A stretch of 56,715 nt of DNA from an uncultured Terracidiphilus sp. (GTDB lineage: Bacteria > Acidobacteriota > Terriglobia > Terriglobales > Acidobacteriaceae). Of this stretch, positions 8,934-17,168 are shown piece after piece (position 1 is the stretch's first letter; each line of letters starts with the position of its first letter). The stretch spans positions 1 to 56,715 of the forward strand of contig CAZSVJ010000001.1 of assembly GCA_964610185.1 (NCBI GenBank). Reading direction: 5' to 3'. The notes under the pieces were generated by a model that did not search any database, was not told the DNA's origin, and saw only the letters and a list, made by a program, of their open reading frames with translations. The translations under genes and the position numbers were made by a program.

Positions 8934-8961
8934 AGAAAGGAGCCGCGGAGGGCTCCTTTCT
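8934..8961 (-). terminator. Terminator-like hairpin downstream of tRNA-like copy B
   Basis: Sense sequence AGAAAGGAGCC-CTCCGC-GGCTCCTTTCT (11-bp perfect stem) followed by CTATTT. Confidence 0.65.
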
Positions 8962-8982
8962 TGGTGCTCGAATTACTTTCAA

Positions 8983-9043
8983 TGCTCTTACGGGATTCGA
9001 ACCCTCTAATGCCATCAGCACTATCTGCGCCAGCAGTGAGAGC
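8983..9043 (-). ncRNA. 61-nt tRNA-like structured RNA, copy B
   Basis: GCTCTCAC-TGCTGGCGCAGA-TAGTG-CTGATGG-CATTA-GA-GGG-TTCGAAT-CCC-GTAAGAGC-A: 5-bp stem with a 7-nt loop CU-GAU-GG, T-loop TTCGAAT, no encoded CCA. Confidence 0.6.
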
Positions 9044-9052
9044 GACTCCTAA

Positions 9053-9082
9053 AAAGTAATTCGAGTTGGAGCGGCAAGTCAA
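9053..9082 (-). promoter_or_regulatory. Putative sigma70-type promoter for copy B
   Basis: TTGACT-N18-TACTTT ending about 10 nt before the RNA element. Confidence 0.55.
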
Positions 9083-9128
9083 GAGAAATCTTCCTCCAAA
9101 AGTACGATTGCGACGAAGAATCACGCGC

Positions 9129-12100
9129 CTAGGAAACGTTGTCGCGTGTGATGAAGCCATTGAAGACGTTGGCTGCGTCGGAGTAGTTCTCGACGGCAAG
9201 GCGGAGCGTGTTTTTCGTGGATGAGCCCGAGCCGGGCGAGGCGGCGATTGCGGTGGTGAATCCGGTGACTGAATTGCGCTCGATGATGGTGCGCGCGCCG
9301 AGGGTGTGGGTGACGTCGATTCCGGTGATCCAAAGGCCGGTGTCGGGCGTGGCGGTGAGGGAGATGTCGTTCTCGGAGATGAGGGCGCTGGCAACGCCGC
9401 CAACGAAGATGCCGTGGCGGTCGCCGGTGGTGGCCGGGGTCATGCGGACATCGATGGAGTTGCCGACAATGCGCAGTTGCTCCACCTTAAGGAGGGTGAG
9501 GGCCGGATTGTTCTTCATGTTGCAGAGGCCGACGTGAATGCCCTGAGCCGTGCCGCCGATGCGATTGTTGAGGATGCGAATCTCCGTGGCCAGGTTGCCG
9601 GCGACGACGATGCCCTGCGAGGAGGTGGAGTAAAGCTGCGGCAGCAGGCTCATGGCATAGTTCTTGAATGCCTGCGGGGCGGTGGCGGTGTTCTTGAAGA
9701 CGTTGAGGGAGATTTTCTTGACCGCGGCGCGAACTGCGCCCATGGCTGAAGTCGCGGTGAGGCCAGCGTTGGAGAGCGCATCCGTCCACGCGTTGGTGAG
9801 CTTGGCGCTAGAGATGAACTTGAGCTGGATGGTCCCGAAGCTTGAAGTGATGTGTGCGCGGCCGATGACGCCGAGGTTGACCTTGGGAATCTTGGTTGTT
9901 GTTGCGAGCTTTTGGCCCGTGGTCACCACGGGCGCGGCAGCGTTGGCGGGGGCAGCGGGAGCCGCGGGTGTCGCGTGTTCGGTTGATGCCGCGGGTTCTG
10001 TAGCGGCTGGCTGACCGTCGCCGGAGTTGGTCAAAGGCGCGGTGGCGGCTCCGCCTGCGGAGTGAGTGGCGGTCGCGAGCTTCTTGCGCTCGGCGCGCTT
10101 GATCTTGCGCAACGCCTTCTTGGAGGTCTTGGTTGCGGTGTCGACGATCGACATCTCGCGGACCAGGTCCTTGGCGAGATGCGAGACGAGCATGGCATGG
10201 CTGGACAGGTTCTGGCTGGTAATGCCACGCAACTCATACTTCGTCTCGACGATGTTGTTTTCGATCCAGGCTTGATCGGCGTTGAGGAGCAAAATGCCAA
10301 CCTGGCAGTTGCCAACGAGGAAGTGGCTGTTGACGATGCGGACGAATGTTTCATTTGTCAAGGCAACAGGACTTGAGGACGAGGGCGAGTTGGCGACAGT
10401 GAGGCAGGCGGCGCTGCGCAGGTCGTCGTCTTCGCAGGAAAAGACGCAGCGGTCTACATTGACTTCAAAACAGTTGTTGAAGGTGACGGCGCCCTGGAGG
10501 TTACGGGTGTTGTTGCTCGACATGTAGCCGGAGAGTTCGGCGGCGATGGAGATATCCGTGAGGGTGACGCTGGTGCAGGAGTTGAATTCGAAGACACATT
10601 CGAGGGCCTTGCCGGTGATCACAGTTCCCAGTCCCGCACCGGTGATCTTGACTGCCTTTTCTCCGAAGGCGAAGGTGTTTTTTGCGTTGAAGAGGCCGGG
10701 CTGAAAGCAGATGCTTAGGGCTTTTGCGGAGCTCGAGATGGCGGCGCTGAGCTTGCCTTGCCAATCCTGAGAGTCGTCGAGGGTGATGGCGCAGCAGTCG
10801 CATGCGCCGAGATCGGTAAGGGGCAGGAACGGAACGCGGCAATCGGGGGTGACGGGGCCGGCGGGTGCGCCGGGTGTGAAGATGGCAAGGCCGCAGAGCC
10901 ACTGGCGTGGGCCATCGGGGGGTTGCGGACCCTCAAGATAACGCGCGGGGTAGAGCTGTTGCGGAGAGTTGGGCCGGACGGCGAAGTTCCAGTAGGGGCG
11001 CAGGGCAAAGGGCGCAGTGGGCAAAGAATTGATGTTGACGGTGACGCTGAGGCCGGAAACGGTGTCGAGCGGAGCGGCCGTGCCGACGGTGAATGGAACT
11101 GTTGCTTGCCAGAGGCGGACAAAGAGGGTGTTGGGATCGGTGGGGAGCGTTGTGCCGGTGGGCAGAGTGAGCTGCTGCGTGGAGGGATCGTAGATGTTGC
11201 CTGAGCCGAGAGTGACGACGAGGCCCTGAGGCGCGGCGACGTAGTTGTCGTCGACGGAGTTGCCGAGGACCATGGTGGTTTGGAGAATCTCAACGGTCTG
11301 GCCGGGCTGTGGAGTGTGCGCGGCGTCGATCGGGGCTTGCGAGAGCTGCAAGATATTGGAGCTGCCAGCCACGGCGGTGGCGCGATAAAGGAAGGAAGCG
11401 TTGTTCCAGCCCCAAAGCAGCGTGCCTGAACCGCCGCTGACAGAGGTGACTGCGACCTGGACGAGTTGATTGTCCGCACCGAGATAGCCGCCCTGCGCGG
11501 ACGGGCAGCAGGGATCGGTGGACGTGGTGGGCGGGAAGAAGGCTACTTGAAGTGTGGCGGCGTAGGAGAGCGAGAAGGTGAGAGGGTCAAAGATGAGGCC
11601 CTCGCCGAGTAGTTGCTTGATTGCGCCGGCGGCCGCGGATTCACAGGTGCTTTCACTGGTTGGGAACTCCACGATGTGCTGCATCAGACGCGTACGCGCG
11701 GCTGTATCCGGGCCGCCGAGGGCGACCTCAAGGAGGGCCTGGTCTTCAACGGCAGAGATGCTCTGCTCGATGACGTGGAGGGCGACGACCTGATTCTTCT
11801 GCCGGGCGAGCGCGGCAGAAGGCGCGGGTTGATCGAGCCACTCCAACTGATTTGCCACGGGAATGGGCGCGTCGTTCTCCAGGCGCCAACCGCCGAGATA
11901 CATGGTTCCGATGCCGACGGTGAGGTTGTTGTTGCCGTCGGTGGTGACCTGGTATCCGTTGTTGGGCGTGCCGACTGGGCCTACGAGGTCAATGGTCTCG
12001 ACGCGAAGTGCCTCCGCTGCAATCATTGCCTGCTCGTTGACATCGGCCTCAAGCGTTACGCGGCCCTGCTGCGCGACTACGGAACGGTACTCGCGCGTTG

Positions 12101-12134
12101 GATCAAATGTGATTCGTGCCCGATCGCTTCCCAC
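9129..12134 (-). CDS. DUF6519-like eCIS protein with C-terminal right-handed beta-helix (putative fibre/spike)
   Basis: GAAGGAG RBS before GTG at 12134. MGSDRARITFDP...YRSVVAQQGRVTLEADVNE, EVALGGPDTAAR, GGYLGADNQL, then beta-helix-like repeats (I.NN.I). Confidence 0.8.
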   Translation of the reverse strand: MGSDRARITFDPTREYRSVVAQQGRVTLEADVNEQAMIAAEALRVETIDLVGPVGTPNNGYQVTTDGNNNLTVGIGTMYLGGWRLENDAPIPVANQLEWLDQPAPSAALARQKNQVVALHVIEQSISAVEDQALLEVALGGPDTAARTRLMQHIVEFPTSESTCESAAAGAIKQLLGEGLIFDPLTFSLSYAATLQVAFFPPTTSTDPCCPSAQGGYLGADNQLVQVAVTSVSGGSGTLLWGWNNASFLYRATAVAGSSNILQLSQAPIDAAHTPQPGQTVEILQTTMVLGNSVDDNYVAAPQGLVVTLGSGNIYDPSTQQLTLPTGTTLPTDPNTLFVRLWQATVPFTVGTAAPLDTVSGLSVTVNINSLPTAPFALRPYWNFAVRPNSPQQLYPARYLEGPQPPDGPRQWLCGLAIFTPGAPAGPVTPDCRVPFLPLTDLGACDCCAITLDDSQDWQGKLSAAISSSAKALSICFQPGLFNAKNTFAFGEKAVKITGAGLGTVITGKALECVFEFNSCTSVTLTDISIAAELSGYMSSNNTRNLQGAVTFNNCFEVNVDRCVFSCEDDDLRSAACLTVANSPSSSSPVALTNETFVRIVNSHFLVGNCQVGILLLNADQAWIENNIVETKYELRGITSQNLSSHAMLVSHLAKDLVREMSIVDTATKTSKKALRKIKRAERKKLATATHSAGGAATAPLTNSGDGQPAATEPAASTEHATPAAPAAPANAAAPVVTTGQKLATTTKIPKVNLGVIGRAHITSSFGTIQLKFISSAKLTNAWTDALSNAGLTATSAMGAVRAAVKKISLNVFKNTATAPQAFKNYAMSLLPQLYSTSSQGIVVAGNLATEIRILNNRIGGTAQGIHVGLCNMKNNPALTLLKVEQLRIVGNSIDVRMTPATTGDRHGIFVGGVASALISENDISLTATPDTGLWITGIDVTHTLGARTIIERNSVTGFTTAIAASPGSGSSTKNTLRLAVENYSDAANVFNGFITRDNVS

Positions 12135-12162
12135 GTGGCAACTCCTTCTGAGGATTAAAAAA

Positions 12163-14649
12163 TCAGTCGGCGTCGATCCAGACCGGCAACTGTCCGATCG
12201 GCGCATATTCTTCGTACTTCAAGGCCAGGCCGCGGCGCTTGAGCGCTACTGCCTCGCTGCTGTAAACGCCCATCTCCGAGCCGTTCTCGGCGCCGGTCAG
12301 AATTGACTCCGCCGCGGCAACATCATCGGCTGGGCAGCCGCATCCAGAGCCTGTCTGTGAAGCGGCAAGAATCTGGTTGTCGGCATCGCTGCGCAACTGC
12401 GCGTAACCGGGCTGACCGAAGTTGCGCGAGACAAAGATGGAGGGATGAGGCGAAGTGATGACCGAACGGTAGGGCTGATGGAGGCTGCTGCCGTTGGCGT
12501 AAGAGGAAAAGCGGATGCAGCCATCCTGCGTATCGTCCACAGTCGATACATCGTCGAGAATGCTCTCGGAGGCGCTGAGAATGTGCGCGAAGATCTTGCC
12601 CAAGACGGTGCATTGGCTGAGGGAGACCGTTCCCTCGTCGAAGCCGAGGGCAAGATCGGCGAAGGCAAGCGGCCAAAGCTGCTCTGTCTCAGTCTGGCTC
12701 AAGGTTCCGATGGCGCCGAGCATTGCGGCTTTGAGAGGGGAGGAGATGCCTTTGCCAGGCTCGTAGTTCTGCAACAGATTGTCGAGCGCGGGCGAGGCGG
12801 CGACCGCCGCCTTGGCCTGAGGGCTGGTATCGAACTTGAGCGCGTTGGCGAGCGTGGCTGGATCGAAGAGAGTGGAGTCGGTGACCTCAACCGTGGATGC
12901 GACCGCGTGGGTTGGAATGGACTGAAAGATGCACGCGGTGGCCTGCAGCGAAGAGACCGCGCCGCCGTCGCGGGTGCGGATGGGGCCGGTAATAGAGCGC
13001 TCGATTATAAGGTTTGTGACTGAGCCGTGGATGTAGATGACCGAGGGGCGCAGGGGCATTTCGTCGATGGCCGATCCGAAGAACGGTAACGGACTGGGCG
13101 GCGTGACACCCGGAGATGCGATATAGATGGTGCCGGGGTCGACGGTGGTCATGCGCAGGATGACACTGTCAAAGCTGCCTGTGAGGATGAGGTCCGCGCC
13201 CTGGAGCAGTAAGCCCTGAATGATGAGCTGCGTGGGCGTGGAGGAACCGGATTTGGCGTCGCCGTGAATCTCCCATTGCTGCGGAGTGTGCTCCTTCCAG
13301 CGAATGACAGGGCGCTGACCGTCGAGCGCGGCGAGGGCGATGGTTGCGCCTTCAGGGACGCTGAGGGTCTTTTTGGGCCCGGCGTAGGTGAGGGTATCGC
13401 TGAACAGGGCCGCACCGGTTGCGGTAAGTTGCGCAAAGCTGTTGTCTAGGTCAATTGCTTCGCCGCCAGCGATCTGGACTGTGGTTGGCGGCAGAGTGAG
13501 CGGGCTCAACAGGCTGGTGTCAAACGCGCCCGCGCCGATTTCGCCGAGGAGGCCGAAGTTGTAGCAGACGGCGAGGGTTCCGACGGGCGCTGGGGCTGGC
13601 TTGTTCGACCCCGGAACGAGAAAGCTGAAGAGGCCGCGCTCAGGGTGAATCGTCAACTGGCTGAGCGGGAGTGCCGCGCCGGTGCCGCCGGCCATCATGC
13701 CGACGCTGAGCGATTGCGGGGAAAAGTCCGTTGCCCAGAGATTTTTGGGCGCGGTGGCCCAAAGGATTTCGCGGATGGCGACGGGCAGTTCCCACTCATC
13801 GGGCGAGACCCAGTGCTCGCCCCACTGCGACTGCTCGGCGACACGCTGCGATGCGGCGAAGAGGGGAATCTCGCGGCCGGTAGGATCGAAAGTGAGGCAG
13901 GGCGTGGCGGATTTGCTCAGGACGGGCGTGGCGGCGGAGATGGGGAAGGCGCGCAGCCACCAGATGAAGACGCCGAGGTTGCGAATGTTGAAGTGGCCGA
14001 GCGTCTGGCCTCCGGCGCGAAGGTCGGCGGTGTAGAAGTACTCGTCAAAGGCGTTGCCGGTGTTGCTGGCGGCGTAGGTGTTGCGCAGATCGGCAAAGCC
14101 GCCGGCGGGCGTGGAGCTGTACGCGCCGATGAGGCCTTCGGCAATCTGAACGGTGTTGCCTGTGAAGCCGATGGGGCCCGTGAGCGGATTTTCAATCCGA
14201 TAGCTGAGCGGCGGGTCGAACTGATGGCGGGTGCGGCCCATGCGGCGGAAGAACTCAACGACGCGGGCATCGCGGCTGGCGATGTCGGCGGCGAGTTCTT
14301 CGAGGACGCCGACGGTTCCGGCGCGACGGCGATAGTAGATGGTCTTGGCGACGTCGATGCGCTGGGCCGCGGCGTCAAGGCAACTGACGAGGCGCGTGGC
14401 AACGAGATCGCCAATGTAGGGAATGACCCAGTCGTCGCAGGTCTCGATGGATTGGTTCTCCCAGAGGCGGTCGGTGTTGCGGCGCAGCTCGGCGGCCTGC
14501 GCGCCGATGCGGTTGACGAGTTCCTGAAGCGGCCCTGGCGCGCCGGGCGTGGGGCCCTGGTCCATCAATCGGTAGATCGGCGGCAGCAGATTCCACAGCC
14601 GGTCGGAGTACCACTGCGCGTATCCGTCCTGAATGGGGGTCTGAATCAT
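12163..14649 (-). CDS. eCIS baseplate wedge / tail protein (P2 gpI-like N-terminus)
   Basis: LWNLLPPIYRLMD, IETCDDWVIPYIGDLV, VAKTIYYRRRAGT and C-terminal GAENGSEMGVY...EYAPIG; follows the baseplate J genes. Confidence 0.8.
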   Translation of the reverse strand: MIQTPIQDGYAQWYSDRLWNLLPPIYRLMDQGPTPGAPGPLQELVNRIGAQAAELRRNTDRLWENQSIETCDDWVIPYIGDLVATRLVSCLDAAAQRIDVAKTIYYRRRAGTVGVLEELAADIASRDARVVEFFRRMGRTRHQFDPPLSYRIENPLTGPIGFTGNTVQIAEGLIGAYSSTPAGGFADLRNTYAASNTGNAFDEYFYTADLRAGGQTLGHFNIRNLGVFIWWLRAFPISAATPVLSKSATPCLTFDPTGREIPLFAASQRVAEQSQWGEHWVSPDEWELPVAIREILWATAPKNLWATDFSPQSLSVGMMAGGTGAALPLSQLTIHPERGLFSFLVPGSNKPAPAPVGTLAVCYNFGLLGEIGAGAFDTSLLSPLTLPPTTVQIAGGEAIDLDNSFAQLTATGAALFSDTLTYAGPKKTLSVPEGATIALAALDGQRPVIRWKEHTPQQWEIHGDAKSGSSTPTQLIIQGLLLQGADLILTGSFDSVILRMTTVDPGTIYIASPGVTPPSPLPFFGSAIDEMPLRPSVIYIHGSVTNLIIERSITGPIRTRDGGAVSSLQATACIFQSIPTHAVASTVEVTDSTLFDPATLANALKFDTSPQAKAAVAASPALDNLLQNYEPGKGISSPLKAAMLGAIGTLSQTETEQLWPLAFADLALGFDEGTVSLSQCTVLGKIFAHILSASESILDDVSTVDDTQDGCIRFSSYANGSSLHQPYRSVITSPHPSIFVSRNFGQPGYAQLRSDADNQILAASQTGSGCGCPADDVAAAESILTGAENGSEMGVYSSEAVALKRRGLALKYEEYAPIGQLPVWIDAD

Positions 14650-17168
14650 GCGGCACCTGCCTCGGAGCTGGGGCTGAAGTTGGAGGGATCGAGGGTGAAG
14701 TATGCGCCCTCGCCAGGGAGATGGATGGGGCCGGGGTCCACATTGCCGTTGAAGGTGAATTGGCTCGATGCGATGGCGAGGACGCCAGAAACGCTCAGGC
14801 AGACGGCCTCGATCTGGCTGTCAAAGAGGCCGACGCCTATCTGAAGATATGTGGGCGAGAAAAGTCCAACCTGGCTATCGGTGAGCGCGGTGACGAGTGC
14901 GGCGTCGATGGCGTTGGTGTCAGCGCCGGCTGCTGTTATGTAATTAAGGCCAAGGGTGACGGGCACCGGCGTTGCCTGGAGAACGGTGACGGGGCGGTTG
15001 GGATCGCTGGCCGCTGTGAGCTGGGTTTGGACGGAGGAAGCGACGTTGGGCTGGCCGGCGACATATACAGTGACCGTGGCGCGATCGTTGACGGGGTCCC
15101 ATGCCCAGCTTGCCGAAGCCATGGTGACGCCGGGGGCTTGAGCGGCGATGGCGGCATAATCGAAGACCGAGACGGCGCGGCCGAAGGCGAGGACGGAGCG
15201 AGGCGCGTACTCCTTGATCAAAGCGGCTGGGTCAGGGTCGCTGCCGCCGGAAACGGGGACGGGATTGACGACAGACTGTAGACCTGGATAGTTCTGCGCG
15301 ATGACGGTGAGCTTGCCCGCGGGAGGAATTTGCGCGCCGCCGCCAATGCGGTAGCTGGCGACGACGTTGTTGACGCCGGTGGTGAGCCGAGCGCCGTTGA
15401 CACCGTCGCCGAAGTCGACCCAGGTGTTCCGCTGCGCGTCCTCGCGGGTGACGAAGATCTGTGCATTGGCGGGCTGATCGTAGAAGCTCGCGACCTCCGC
15501 CCAAGGCAGGCCATTGACGGTGATGGAAACCGTGCTCTGGTAGGTTGCGCCGTTGGCCAGATAAGTGACGGGCGATTTGGCCAGCATGAAGCTTTGGCCA
15601 GCGACGGTGGCGTCGCCGCTGCCCAGGACTTCCTTCGCGACGGTCTTGCCGCAGGTGACCGGGAGCAGATTGTAGTAGGCGGTGATGGGCGGCTGTAATT
15701 CGGGGCTGAGCGGCGTGGGCGTGTTAAGCGGCCAGGTGACATCGAGACCGCCATCGCCCGCGGTTACCCCGCTGCCGGCCAAGCCGTTGCCAACACTGTC
15801 GGCGAGAAGAATCGGCAGAGGCCCCGCCGAGGGAAATTGGGCCGGCGCAACAGGATAGATTTCGGAGGATATTCCATTCCACGGCGAGGGCGGCTGATCG
15901 ACCAGGATGCCGACAGAAACCCAGTCGTAGAGCAGAGAGGTTTGCGAGAGGCTGCCTGTGATCGAAGAGGTGAGCGGGGGCGAGATGGTGAGCTGCGTAT
16001 GCAGGACGGGGATGGGGGTGGGCTTGCCGGTGGCGGCGGTGGTTACACCAATAGGGCCACCGTTCTGGCTTGCGTCGCCCAGCATGTCCTGCACGCCGGA
16101 GACCTGGACGAGCTCGGCATTGCTGGCGGAAGGCACGGAGAAGACGATCCAGTCGCCGGGTTGAATCTGCCGCGCGAGGCCGGCGAGCTGGACCACAGTT
16201 CCGGCCGAATTGACCGCGGAGCCATTGACGGACCAGAGCGCGGCGCTCTGTGCGGGGCGCGTGAGCTGAGCGTTCTCTGCGGTCATGGCCGGTGGCGCGG
16301 AGGCCGCTGTCATGGAGACTGTCGTGAGCTTTCCGTTCGTGGTTTGCTGCGCCTGCGGCGCGGAGTAGACGCTCATCAGGTTAGGCGTGACTGTGTCATC
16401 GAGAGGACCGAGCAGCAGCACGCCGCCCACATTGACTTTGCTGACTGTGCCCTTGATCAGGACAGAGTAGACGGTGATCGAATCGGAAAAAACTGGGCTG
16501 GCGATTTCGGATTCGTGGGTTGCGATGAAGCCGGCCTTTTTGGTCATGGCTTCATAGCTGAAATCCTCAACAGTGAAGGTCGGCCAGACCTGGCTGGTGG
16601 CGATGAGGTTGGGCGGCGGCAGCGCCGAAACCCGATCGGGCAGGCCGATAGGAGTGGCCGCAAAAAGCTCGTAGGTCTGCGGCGGCTGGCCTGGGCCGGG
16701 CTTGCTCTGGAACTGCAGACCCTGAGGGAGCGTGACGGTTTGACCGGGGAGCACTGTGGGCGTGACCAGAGCGGCCAGCGTGCCGGTGGCGGCGATAGCG
16801 GGACGAGGCCGGTAGCCGAGAATTTTTACAAGGCCGCCGGGAGTATCGGGGAGCATGGCAGTGCGCAGATAGTCTTCGTTGGCGATGCGCTCGTTGTAGA
16901 AGCTCAAGATGTCGCCGATGTAGGCCCACCACTCGGCCATCATGATGCCGAGATCGGGGACCGCGGGGTCCGACCCGGCGCTGGCCTGCCACGCATTGAG
17001 GGCCTGCTCGGCGGGCGTGCCATCGGGGTTCAAGAGCGGCGTGAGCAGAGCGCGTCGGAAGGAGTTGAAGTCTCCGACACGATAGGCGATCTGCGAAAGG
17101 CCGGGAGCGTTTGCGCCGCCGACGGGCTCAGCGCCGCTGCCGCAGGGGCATGAAGGTGTTGTGCTCAT
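14646..17168 (-). CDS. Putative baseplate assembly protein (J/gp47 family)
   Basis: IAYRVGDFNSFRRALL, DILSFYNERIANEDYLRTA, EVLGSGDA, FGDGVNGARL.TG.NNV.A.YR.GGG, RAVS..DY. Confidence 0.88.
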   Translation of the reverse strand: MSTTPSCPCGSGAEPVGGANAPGLSQIAYRVGDFNSFRRALLTPLLNPDGTPAEQALNAWQASAGSDPAVPDLGIMMAEWWAYIGDILSFYNERIANEDYLRTAMLPDTPGGLVKILGYRPRPAIAATGTLAALVTPTVLPGQTVTLPQGLQFQSKPGPGQPPQTYELFAATPIGLPDRVSALPPPNLIATSQVWPTFTVEDFSYEAMTKKAGFIATHESEIASPVFSDSITVYSVLIKGTVSKVNVGGVLLLGPLDDTVTPNLMSVYSAPQAQQTTNGKLTTVSMTAASAPPAMTAENAQLTRPAQSAALWSVNGSAVNSAGTVVQLAGLARQIQPGDWIVFSVPSASNAELVQVSGVQDMLGDASQNGGPIGVTTAATGKPTPIPVLHTQLTISPPLTSSITGSLSQTSLLYDWVSVGILVDQPPSPWNGISSEIYPVAPAQFPSAGPLPILLADSVGNGLAGSGVTAGDGGLDVTWPLNTPTPLSPELQPPITAYYNLLPVTCGKTVAKEVLGSGDATVAGQSFMLAKSPVTYLANGATYQSTVSITVNGLPWAEVASFYDQPANAQIFVTREDAQRNTWVDFGDGVNGARLTTGVNNVVASYRIGGGAQIPPAGKLTVIAQNYPGLQSVVNPVPVSGGSDPDPAALIKEYAPRSVLAFGRAVSVFDYAAIAAQAPGVTMASASWAWDPVNDRATVTVYVAGQPNVASSVQTQLTAASDPNRPVTVLQATPVPVTLGLNYITAAGADTNAIDAALVTALTDSQVGLFSPTYLQIGVGLFDSQIEAVCLSVSGVLAIASSQFTFNGNVDPGPIHLPGEGAYFTLDPSNFSPSSEAGAA

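Noticed and set aside
3703-9009. 28-bp direct repeats as attL/attR of an integrated island
   Set aside because: Homology extends to the promoter, terminator and downstream gene start, and no integrase is present; duplication of the whole unit fits better.
8983-9043. Canonical tRNA-Ile(GAU) gene (and tRNA-Gln(UUG) at 3704-3764)
   Set aside because: Only 61 nt, 3-bp T stem, reduced D arm, no CCA, and copy A lacks U33; kept as tRNA-like ncRNA instead.
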